Source of the DNA: Macrostomum lignano
Lineage: Eukaryota
NCBI GenBank assembly: GCA_002269645.1
Contig: NIVC01001642.1
Span: 1 to 64,000, forward strand
Direction: 5' to 3'
Length of the DNA stretch: 64,000 nt
Position numbers and translations under genes: made by a program. Of this stretch, positions 37,775 through 53,152 are shown piece after piece (position 1 is the first letter of the stretch; every line of letters begins with the position of its first letter). The notes below the pieces were generated by a model that was not told where the DNA came from, did no database searches, and saw only the letters and a program-made list of their open reading frames with translations.

Positions 37775-38674
37775 CTAGTTTGACGGCTGACGTGTCGGAG
37801 AGGCTGACCTGGACTGTGCAGGTGTCTTTTCGTGAGTACTCAGAATTCGCGGCCGCCTACCACCCAAGGCGGACGGGAAACGACACCACGGTCGGCAGGT
37901 AAGCGCGCGTTCACCGTAGTAGATGTGGGCCCGGCAGACGACCGGACGCTGTCCTGGCTTGAACGGGGTGACGCTTGTCTGTGGCTGCAGTTGTCGGCGT
38001 GGCGGTTCGTCCCGTCTGGAGTTGATAGTCGGCGGTGGCGTCGGCTGTACAGCGCTGACTGAGCTCGCCGAGCTCTGGTAGCTGACCATGAAATCAGCGA
38101 TTTCAGCGAGCTTATCTGGCGATTCCTGCTGGAAGCCTGATAGTGCGACTCGTAGCTCACTGGGCAGGCAGCGGATGAGAGTCGCCTTGAGCATGTCGGA
38201 GCAGGAGCCCATGCCGCACTGAGCCATCTTGGCGCTGAGCTTCTTGACGAAGATTGAGGGCTTGTCGCCACCTAGATCGGACGTGGCCAGGATCTCGTTG
38301 ATCTTCTCCTGCTGACTCTTCTGCAGAAGGTTGGAGATGGCGGCTTTAAGCGGCTCGTACTGTCGAGGCGTTGATGTCGTGATCAGCATCGACGAGATAT
38401 CCTCCGGCAGGTGCGCAACCAAGTAGTGGTACTTGGTCTCGTCCGAAGTTATGCGCGCTAGGTGGAATTGCGACTCTAGGGTCCGGAACCAAGCTTCCGA
38501 ATTGTTCCGGTACAGCGGCGGAACCTTAACGGACACGGCGGACACGCTTGGCTCAAGTATCGGTGGTGTATGTTGAACAGGTAGCTGCCCAGTGGGGTTG
38601 AGCACCGGGGCCTGGTTGTTGTCGGCGGCTGCTGCGGCCTGCTGCGATAGCTGCGGATCGCTTTCGTCGGCCAT
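37775..38674 (-). CDS. gag: Gypsy-type gag-like protein
   Basis: VSVKVPPLYRNNSEAWFRTLESQFHLARITSDETKY N-terminal motif typical of this gag class, and a C-x2-H...C-x3-C terminal motif. Confidence 0.85.
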   Translation of the reverse strand: MADESDPQLSQQAAAAADNNQAPVLNPTGQLPVQHTPPILEPSVSAVSVKVPPLYRNNSEAWFRTLESQFHLARITSDETKYHYLVAHLPEDISSMLITTSTPRQYEPLKAAISNLLQKSQQEKINEILATSDLGGDKPSIFVKKLSAKMAQCGMGSCSDMLKATLIRCLPSELRVALSGFQQESPDKLAEIADFMVSYQSSASSVSAVQPTPPPTINSRRDEPPRRQLQPQTSVTPFKPGQRPVVCRAHIYYGERALTCRPWCRFPSALGGRRPRILSTHEKTPAQSRSASPTRQPSN

Positions 38675-38693
38675 GACGACTCACCGGACCAGT

Positions 38694-39084
38694 TGTAGCG
38701 ACTGTAAAATGAAAAAGGTAGAGCTAGGCGGTGGTTCGCCCTTGTTTGCTTCTTTGTTTGGCACTTGAGTTTCTCGAATATCCAAAGAGGCTTGGAGCAG
38801 ATGCTGGTTTAGCTACTGTATATTTATACTTAATTGACCTTCCGGAAATTTCTAGAATCATTTTAGTGCGGTAAAACAAACTGTATAGTAAGTATCGTAC
38901 GTACGGTATTCATATTTTGTATGATGATGAATTACAGTAAATAAATATTTATTGAGTAGAAATATTTACTACGAGATTAGAAATAGCTAGATAAAGAATA
39001 TTCTAGAATTTAACTGGTACTGTATTGCAGAAATTTCGGGAAGTAAACATCATACGGTATAGAACTTTCGCGAAGGTCACTACA
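38694..39084 (-). repeat. 5' LTR, about 390 bp
   Basis: Starts TGTAGTGAC and ends GCTACA (5-bp inverted termini), contains AATAAA, and abuts a putative PBS and the gag ATG. Confidence 0.75.
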
Positions 39085-39269
39085 GTTACACAGTCAATAA
39101 GCAATATTAAGTGAATATCATTAATAACTTTAAACATTTAACTATACCTTTACCAGTTTTGTGATGCCGTATGCAGTTAAGCGCTGCGTTACCCTTAGGT
39201 TAGCAATAAAGGTTTAGTACAATAGCAGAATCTTCAACAGATAAACAAGACAACAGCACTATAACAAAA

Positions 39270-39581
39270 GTTCACCAACACTTTAGTTCCCCAGCACTTT
39301 AGTTCCCCAGCACTTTAGTTCCCCAGCACTTTAGTTCCCCAGCACTTTAGTTCCCAGCACTTTAGTTCACTTTAGTTTAGTTCACCAACACTTTAGTTCC
39401 CCACTTTAGTTCACCAGCACTTTAGTTCCCCAGCACTTTAGTTCCCCAGCACTTTAGTTCACCAGCACTTTAGTTCACCAGCACTTTAGTTCACCAGCAC
39501 TTAGTTCCCCAGCACTTTAGTTCACCAGCACTTTAGTTCACCAGCACTTTAGTTCCCCAGCACTTTAGTTCCCCAGCACTT
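39270..39581. repeat. 16-bp minisatellite (CAGCACTTTAGTTCCC / CAGCACTTTAGTTCAC)
   Basis: About 19 copies read directly. Confidence 0.95.
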
Positions 39582-39958
39582 ATCGTGTCAAAAGCAAGTA
39601 GTGCAAGGAGCAGTGCAAGTCCCAATGCAAATCCAGAGTGAAAAAAACACTTTTGCCAGCATTTCCACCGGTAGATATTCGACATTTATCCGCGCTTTTT
39701 GAGATATTGAGCAACACATGAGGATCTGACATGGAGTAGTTCGTATGCAGATTTTAGGAAAATCAATTTCTTTGAACCATGAGCTCTATAGCATTGGGAC
39801 ACTCAGATAAAAAGTATCTGGACTTTTTACCATTACGCCATATACTCGTAATGGAGCATTGGGGTGGCAAAGTGCCAAAATGACAAAGAAAAAGTCGAAA
39901 GCTACCGTCAATAAAATAGTTTTCATTGAAACAGTTAGTTATTTACCTGTTAGCGCAG

Positions 39959-40663
39959 TTATTTCAAGCAGATTGGACACAAGCCACCTTTTCTTGTATG
40001 GTATGTGTAGGACATATTCTTAATGCTTACAGTGTGATAACCAAGAAATATCTTCACTTTCATTCTGACCACTTGACCGGACCAATCAATCAGCGAGATT
40101 CGCGCGTAACTGTACGCCAGAACAAAGAAAATATTTTTCTTGCCGTTCATAAGTGTCCAACCATTGAAAGAGCGCTTTTGTTCCAGACGCATTCGCTGCT
40201 TGGTGTAGCGCACCAACGTCAGTGTGGAGTGCCTGTCGTCGTTCTGATTTGAAACTTCATAAAACTCCACGTAAGCTGCATCCGTATAGGAAATTTTGGA
40301 TTTAACGTAGAGAACATGCGCAACGAGCATCCAATATTCGGTACCATCCTCACAGATCTCGTGCCCCAGAACATAACTAGCCGGCAGCAAGATGGACTGA
40401 GATACAATGATTGCCACCAGTATACGGAGTATTGTGATCATGGGCGACGACATCTGGGTGGATTGGTAAAACAATGGGTGGCTTATTGCCTATGCGCGTG
40501 AAGCTTTGAGGTAATGTCAGGCTATTTTAGTACATCGGCATGCGTTTATTGTCGAGTTTCAGGCTTATGGTAGACTATGGCATGTTGTTGAATCGTTAAT
40601 ACTTGTTAGACTTTGTTCTGAATTTCTATTATTCTGCAACAGACAGAAGAGAAAACTTACCAT
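39959..40663 (-). CDS. Secreted GGxC-family protein 4 (probable exons 40661-40663 and 39959-40453)
   Basis: ATG|GTAAGT at 40663-40661 and an acceptor CCACCCAG|ATG at 40453 in frame. Signal-like N-terminus, C-EDGTE-YW and LG-x17-GGLCPIC. Confidence 0.78.
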
Positions 40664-40966
40664 CGCAAACAGCGGCACTGACCCTGGGTGTGTCTAAAAA
40701 GCCTAAGCATTGCTGATTCCTTAGCGTTGGTTTCTTTTAGAAGTTTACCCATAGAACATGTAACTTCAGCGCGTTTTTCCAATCTACTCTAATCTGCTAC
40801 ATGGCAGGTGATTCCTTTAAATTTCAATCAAAAGTCTAATTTAAATTATAATTGAAAATGAAACTATAATTTAACAAAAGGCGAAAACTTTATTTTGTAA
40901 ATGAAGGAACAACTGAGGGAACGTAAAAGCAAGTTAAAATTCAATCCTTGCCAACAATACCAAGGA

Positions 40967-42352
40967 TCACGTGAACACTCGAAGCAAAAACTCCACCCTG
41001 TTGCCTTCAATCAGGGTCTCAATGCGAGGAATGACAACATAATCGCCAGGTCGCAGACTTGCTCTTGAAACAAATTGTCTTTCCAACTCCGTTCCCGTGA
41101 ATCGCATCAAAGGTTCGCCTTCGGGCAACTTTCCCGGATAAATTTCAATGATTTTCTTGGCGAATTCCGAGCCATCAGGGTACAGATGGCGTCGTTCGCC
41201 CTCTTCCAAACTGATAATGACGTACGCCGACCCATCCGGATTTGCTGACGCACCGGAAACGGTAAAGCTGAAGCGGTCGTCATGATAGAACTCATCTGGA
41301 CCCTGGTTCATTGTCCACGCTCCGTAGACCTTCTTGCCAGTCCACTCTGACCCGGTCACGCCGCAGTCTAAATTTCTGGCCAAATGAAGAATTTGAACGG
41401 ACTCAAACATTCGCACGAAATCAGACAACTCAATTGTAGTTTCACCTTCTGTAGCATTGGCTTGCAACTGGTACCAGTCGGATGACAAGCGGGTATATTC
41501 TTGATCTAGCAAAGCTCTTCTATAATCCAAAATCTTCACAACATCGATTGAACTGCCGTCCCGTGGAACCTGAGCAGTGCCGCTAATAATATAATGGCCT
41601 CCTGGCGGCAGATCGGGCAATTTTTTCATGCATTTTTCAGCGTCATCGCTGCTTTCATTGCGTGCACAGAACGCTTCAACGATCAGTTCCCGTTTTAAAG
41701 CTGACTGCAATATTTTCAGTAAATCGTCCACCTTGATTTCTCTTACATAGATCTCTTCGCAAACTCCACCAGTGAGTAGTGGCAATAGCTCTAACGATGC
41801 GCAAGTTGGTACATCTTCGTATGAGCCGAACAGCTTAGCAAAAGCCTTCTCGAGTAGGCACAGCCAGAACTGGCCACGGTGAGTTCCGGAAAACGCTAGT
41901 TCCCCGTTTATAGTAGGGAGCCGATCGTCAATAGTGAGCTCAAATTCTTGGCCAAATTGGCGAAAGATGAAGCGAACAGAGCCGTCATAGTTCTTGCCGT
42001 GCAGTGTCTGACCCGGTGGAATAACGCTGTGTAAGAGGTCCTGCCGATTTCCGATTTGGGCTAGACATAGTAATAAGCAATAGTTGGCACTTTGACCTCT
42101 GACGTTCGCGTTGAATCCCGACCCGACGTTAACGTCTCCGACCTCGAACAGTAGTGCTGTGCCATTTCCGGTCATTTCGTGCGGCCTTAGCCAGACTAAA
42201 GGTTTAGAATGGTATCTTCCTGATGTCGAATGGGCCTGATGCTCATCATCCTGTCCAGCATGTACAGAACTGTAATCGGCTGGAAATTCCGAATCTTTAA
42301 GCGGCTTTTCTCCGGGTTTCAGCTTTTTAAACGCTTTGAAAAGTCTCTTCAT
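40967..42352 (-). CDS. Single-exon calpain-like protein, predicted catalytically inactive
   Basis: Collinear paralog of 29674-31107 (SEFPADY, WLRPHE, DDRLPT, LLEKAFAKLFGSY, HLARNLD.GVTG.EW). QGELENCW becomes RGQSANYC, GHEY becomes GGHY and CNPWG becomes LDYRR. Confidence 0.88.
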   Translation of the reverse strand: MKRLFKAFKKLKPGEKPLKDSEFPADYSSVHAGQDDEHQAHSTSGRYHSKPLVWLRPHEMTGNGTALLFEVGDVNVGSGFNANVRGQSANYCLLLCLAQIGNRQDLLHSVIPPGQTLHGKNYDGSVRFIFRQFGQEFELTIDDRLPTINGELAFSGTHRGQFWLCLLEKAFAKLFGSYEDVPTCASLELLPLLTGGVCEEIYVREIKVDDLLKILQSALKRELIVEAFCARNESSDDAEKCMKKLPDLPPGGHYIISGTAQVPRDGSSIDVVKILDYRRALLDQEYTRLSSDWYQLQANATEGETTIELSDFVRMFESVQILHLARNLDCGVTGSEWTGKKVYGAWTMNQGPDEFYHDDRFSFTVSGASANPDGSAYVIISLEEGERRHLYPDGSEFAKKIIEIYPGKLPEGEPLMRFTGTELERQFVSRASLRPGDYVVIPRIETLIEGNRVEFLLRVFT

Positions 42353-43224
42353 TTTTTCAGTAGAGTTGGTTTAGTCAAACATACTGTCGTATCTACCTCG
42401 ATAAGACTACGAGATAAGAATGAATAGACAACAAGCTTTTATCAAAATTTAGTCTATGGAAATACGAGTATCACATTTAACTGGCGCTCGCTAAGGTCCC
42501 GGGTTCGATTCTGCAGTTTGCGAACAAAAACGTACCAGTATACCAGTCAATCTTCAAACACAAGGTGCCTGGCAATGAGATGAGCAATGAGCTAAAGTAC
42601 TAAAACAAAATGCTAAGTTTGTCAGTAGCTACAATATTAAGATTCATTTTTCAGTTTACCGAGCATAATCAAACAGCCGCTTCAAGTCAGTATAATTGAC
42701 GCCACAAGCTAGATGTAAAATTGTCCTTGGTTGCTGCGAATAATTCTCCAGCAAACTTCACCGTTTCATCCTAGTGGTAACAGAAACGTCGGTATGTTTA
42801 AAAAACGCTTGGCAACATGCCATCAGCTTACAACTCAGAAGTCACAGCTCGGGTTCTACAACTGAGGAGTCGAGACAATCATGTTTCAAAGGCCGTCAAT
42901 CGAGTGATGCTGACGCTCCAAAGCGATGAAGAGCGGACAGTGCAAGATGCTGTTGAACCGATGTTAAGGTCGGGCAACGTGAACTACCGCGGCTGCAGGC
43001 AGTGAACGGAAGGTACCAGCTGCTCTGCTCTTCACGACTGGATGAAACTGTTCATCGGCCGCCCAGCCACTCTGAATGACCTCCAAAGCAGCCCTACGTT
43101 CGTTAACTTTGTCCTACCTCGTTTACCTTGTCCTACATTCTCAACTCTTACCTGTTGTTCGACCTAACTTGTTCTTAGTTTAAACATGCAGGGATCTTAG
43201 AGCCGTCAGCATGGTACCCTCAGG

Positions 43225-43655
43225 GCATGACTGCTTTTCTCGCTACCGCTTCCTTCAGGGCAGGGTAGAGCGATGCTTCTTTTGTCGCTCAGGCAGTGAA
43301 AACGCTGAGCACTTTATCTGCCACTGCCCCCGGTCTTCACCAGGGCCAGGCTCACTCAACTCGGGCCAAACCTGGTTTTCCCTGACGTTTGCAGGTTCGA
43401 GAGCATACCGCTGCTCGCCCGGTACCTCAGGGACACGGGACGAGCTGAGTTCTTCTCCACCGCCGGTGAGGAGGACCGCGCGGCAGGCGAAATCGACGGG
43501 TCCCCCTGAGAGACATCACTTTGATGGAAAACATTGGTCGCCAGTGGCCAGCGAAATGGGCGGCGCGCCTCCTCCGCCTAGCGTTGCCCCCTGCAGCTGA
43601 GTCAACTCTATTGACGAGTAGATCGACCCATTGACAATAGAATAGAATTGTACAC
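43225..43655 (+). mobile_element. 3' fragment of a non-LTR retrotransposon (I/R1/Jockey-type C-terminal CCHC)
   Basis: GHDCFSRYRFLQGRVERCFFCRSGSENAEHFICHCPR resembles the GHG.F..YL...C..C...E..EH....CP motif. It ends in a short (ATAGA)n tail. Confidence 0.6.
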
Positions 43656-44624
43656 AATCACCCGGGAGAACAGCTAAACTGACCATTTATCCCAGAATAG
43701 CGTCAGAAGAGAAAACGCAGAATGCGGTCTGTTTTCCGAAATTTGCGCATCATACAGCGTCCCCGTTTTATCTGTTGCTTTAGCTATTAAAAGCATCGCA
43801 GTTTGTAATGCAACAACTGTGTAAAAATACCTACCTTGTACCTAGTTGCATTGGTATAAAATGAATAACGAAAAGTTAATGAATAATAATAGCCTAATCG
43901 ATTCGTTTTGGCCGAAAAATAAGCTTCTTTAAGCTTCGTTGCTTCTCTCTGACCGCTCGCCCTGTGACTGTATTGTTTTGCTAACTTTCTAACGACGCAA
44001 ACCCAAAACAGAAATTATATGCGCAAATCTAAAAAGCAGGCATTCCGTCACGCTAGACGCCTCGGGTAGCTGCAACACCCACTGAGTTTGTTTATTTCTT
44101 CTCAGCAAATTTTGTGGTTTTTGCGAGTCAAAAACGAACAAAAAAGTTTTGAAGACATTTAATTTAAGCTACTCGACAAGCACTTTGATTTGTGATACTC
44201 GCCAAGTTGGAGGTTCCTTGCGATCTTTTCAGCAGCCAAGTTTACAGAAAGTTTAAACCGCATGCATAAGGAGAGTAATCTTTGCTGCAAGTGAAAGCGA
44301 CGTGAACTTTTAGCTATTTGTGCTGTTGCGTGCAAGGTGAAGGTGTTAAATTACAACCTTAAACAGGTATGCCTTGTAAGAGACTGCAAAAATTTCGAGT
44401 GTATTTTGTATTCAGGATTCAAATTGTCGTGGAAGCGAATGCAGGTTTAAATTTGCAATGATTTTGCAAGAACAGAAAGGATGAGAGCGCGTAGTTATTT
44501 CCAAACTGGTTCGGTCTTAGCTTAGAGCTACATGTAGGTCGCAACTCTGTCTAACAAAAATGAAATATTCTGTCTGAAATACCAGTACTATCTAACAGGT
44601 GTCTACCATTCTGCCTAGCCGGTG

Positions 44625-45345
44625 TGTGAGGGATTATCTTGTCTAACAGATGTGTGACACTATCCTGTCTAACAGATGTGTGACACTATCCTGTCTAACA
44701 GGTGTGTGACACTATCCTGTCTAACAGGTGTGTGACACTATCCTCTCTAACAGGTGTGTGACACTGTCCTGTCTAACAGGTGTGTGACACTGTCCTGTCT
44801 AACAGGTGTGTGACACTATCCTGTCTAACAGGTGTGTGACACTGTCCTGTCTAACAGGTGTGTGACACTATCCTGTCTAACAGGTGTGTGACACTATCCT
44901 GTCTAACAGGTGTGTGACACTATCCTGTCTAACAGATGTGTGACACGGTCCTGTGAAACAGGTGTGTGACACTATCCTGTCTAACAGGTGTGTGACACTA
45001 TCCTGTCTAACAGGTGTGTGACACTATCCTGTCTAACAGGTGTGTGACACTATCCTGTCTAACAGATGTGTGACACGGTCCTGTGAAACAGGTGTGTGAC
45101 ACTATCCTGTCTAACAGGTGTGTGACACTATCCTGTCTAACAGGTGTGTGACACTATCCTGTCTAACAGGTGTGTGACACTGTCCTGTCTAACAGGTGTG
45201 TGACACTATCCTGTCTAACAGGTGTGTGACACTAGCCTGTCTAACAGGTGTGTGACACTATCCTGTCTAACAGGTGTGTGACACTATCCTGTCTAACAGG
45301 TGTGTGACACTATCCTGTCTAACAGATGTGTGACACGGTCCTGTG
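44625..45345. repeat. 26-bp minisatellite (CACTATCCTGTCTAACAGGTGTGTGA), about 27 copies
   Basis: 26-bp period, with a variant unit GGTCCTGTGAAACAG recurring three times. Confidence 0.97.
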
Positions 45346-46112
45346 AAACAGTCGTGTGTGTGTGCACTCTATCATATGTATCACTTATGCACTGTAAAAA
45401 AGGTGCGAAAGTTAGACACAGTACAAAACACTTAGAAACTGTGAAAATATTCAGAATAAAATTACACGTTAAGTCACTAATTTTTTTGAACTCATTCAGA
45501 ATTCCCAAACACAGCCGAGCTCTCGGTTCTGGAAAGAGCTGCAGCTCGAATAATGAATGACTCATGCCGGTAAACGCAAGCTTATATGCATACATGTCTA
45601 CACATGTAAACATGCAGTCAGAATTGCCGAAAATTCGGGTTTATAAAGACGCGAATTAATGCCAAGCCATGGAAACTTGATCCGTTCCATTCGCAGTATT
45701 ATACATGTGCAGCATTGGCGGAGTGCTGTGACAGGCTCTGCATGCATGCGGTGTAACTCCGCGGGTGCCAAAAGAAAGTGGTTTTCTCTGACAGTGTTCC
45801 CCCGCATGCCTGCTGTTGCTACCAGCTTCTGGAGTCATACAATCCAATTATATTATTAGCTTTTTCACCTGTGGTCGAATCGGAGAAGCTCTTGGCTAAG
45901 CAATTAGGTTAAAAAAGCAAGCCGGTCGCCCAGGAGTCGAACAGGCTCAGGCCAACACTATAAAGAATGAAATGTTGCCATTTTAGCCCTAGAAATTGCG
46001 TAGAATCCTAATTAATAAAAAACGCCTACGGCCGCTCTCTTTCTGCCACGAGCAACTTCTCGAAAGTTAGGAAAACTCTGCAGACAAAAAAGCCTAGCGC
46101 CTGGACAAAGTT

Positions 46113-51765
<5,653 letters not shown>

Positions 51766-53152
51766 GCTCTGTAGACGGGTTCGAGTTTTACAAGCTCGAA
51801 ACATGAGCTCCAACATGAAAGGGGTGTGCAACAGTGGGTCTGGGATAGGATGTTTGAAGGGCGTTTCCAGTCAGCAGTTGCAGTCGTTTTGATCCCAAGC
51901 TTAAATTAAAATCCCCTATCGGGCTTGCGAAAGTGGCATGATATTTGTTTTAGTTATTAAATACGGGTTGCTAAATTTCAAACTCGTGAAACAAACACTG
52001 GACTCGAGCTGGCATTCGTAGAAAAAAGATTGTTCATGTTGATTTCATGGACTGTACTGGCAGGTACATGTGCTAGTAGGTGACTTTCAGGGTCAACAGC
52101 TAGTAGTGCGCTTTGAAATGGATTGACAAAATCTGGAGATTTTTAGTCCTGTAAAACTTAATTGCAGCCCTATAGAAGCTGGAAAAGATCATAACACTCA
52201 GACGAGAATATTGTTTGTCTGTCGTAATATTTTAGTAACATTTCTTATTTTATTTGCTATAGCTACTCAAGTTCAATTTGAACAGAAGTCTCTTGTATGT
52301 TTCTTTGAGTAGAAAATAGAGCTATAGAATATAACTTCTTTGAATGAAGGACTTCAGTGAAGTTCAGTAACAGTAAGAGTTCATTGAGGCCTTTATCATC
52401 ATGTTTTACCAATTGATATTGTTCCTATGAGACTGCAGCTGCTGGTAATTCATCCGGTTTAAGTCCGCCTCGCTAAATACCCACATTATCTGGTTATTTC
52501 TGAAGGCGCCGTAATCACACAAAACACAAGAACTCGTCCTTACTTATTTAAACAAAATACGGCATCGAGTTACAACAAATAATTTAAACAGTAAACTAAT
52601 TTCAAAACAAATACATGTATTATCCCATTTGTTTATAAGCTTAATGATCACAGTGTACTCGTAATGTTATACTTGCATAAATACTACTATACTAACATTT
52701 TAACTAGCTATAGCATGTATGGTTGGACCAAGAGCTGCTTCAAGCGAATATTTATGTCTAAAAATTCGAAACTATGATTTTTATTAAATTCTGCTTTCGC
52801 ATGGATCAAAAATAGATTTGTTTAAAAGAACCAAAAAAATTTTCTCTTTTCAAGTGCTGATTTGGATACCATTTTGTTGCTAGCTACCGCTACTTTTAGT
52901 AGTTCGTCTCAGTTAAACACGAGTTTTGTTTTAATAAAGTATAACTAAACAAATTTAAATAGCTACCGTTTCACACCATCGTTCAAAAAGCTTCAATCTA
53001 GTGCCTTCTGAGTTTTAAATGTGACATTATAAGCCGAAATGAGCTTAGGAAGTTAATAATGATGTGTTCTTTAAAAATATTATATAGGTAAAATCAAACA
53101 ACCCGTTCTCGTACACACATCGCGGAATTCCTGCTACAAACTGCTTTAATTA

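Larger units (their letters stand above)
37150..39084 (-). mobile_element. 3'-truncated Ty3/gypsy LTR retrotransposon (5' LTR, gag, protease)
   Basis: LTR with TGTAG...CTACA ends, followed by a TGG-initiated PBS-like sequence, gag and an aspartic protease. No RT, RNase H, integrase or second LTR was found. Confidence 0.88.

Noticed and set aside
37750-37777. Gag-pol amber read-through (MLV-like)
   Set aside because: Recounting shows pol in the -1 frame, with a second stop (TGA at 37750) in the gag frame.
29674-42352. Calpains as Helitron-borne proteases
   Set aside because: No Rep/helicase, no Helitron termini, and domain III is present as in cellular calpains.
42817-43100. Short coding-looking stretch upstream of the LINE fragment
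   Set aside because: Only 62 codons, with no motif I can assign.
16617-45345. Regular 16-33 bp repeat arrays as possible CRISPR arrays
   Set aside because: The units are head-to-tail with no unique spacers, there are no cas genes, and the context is eukaryotic.
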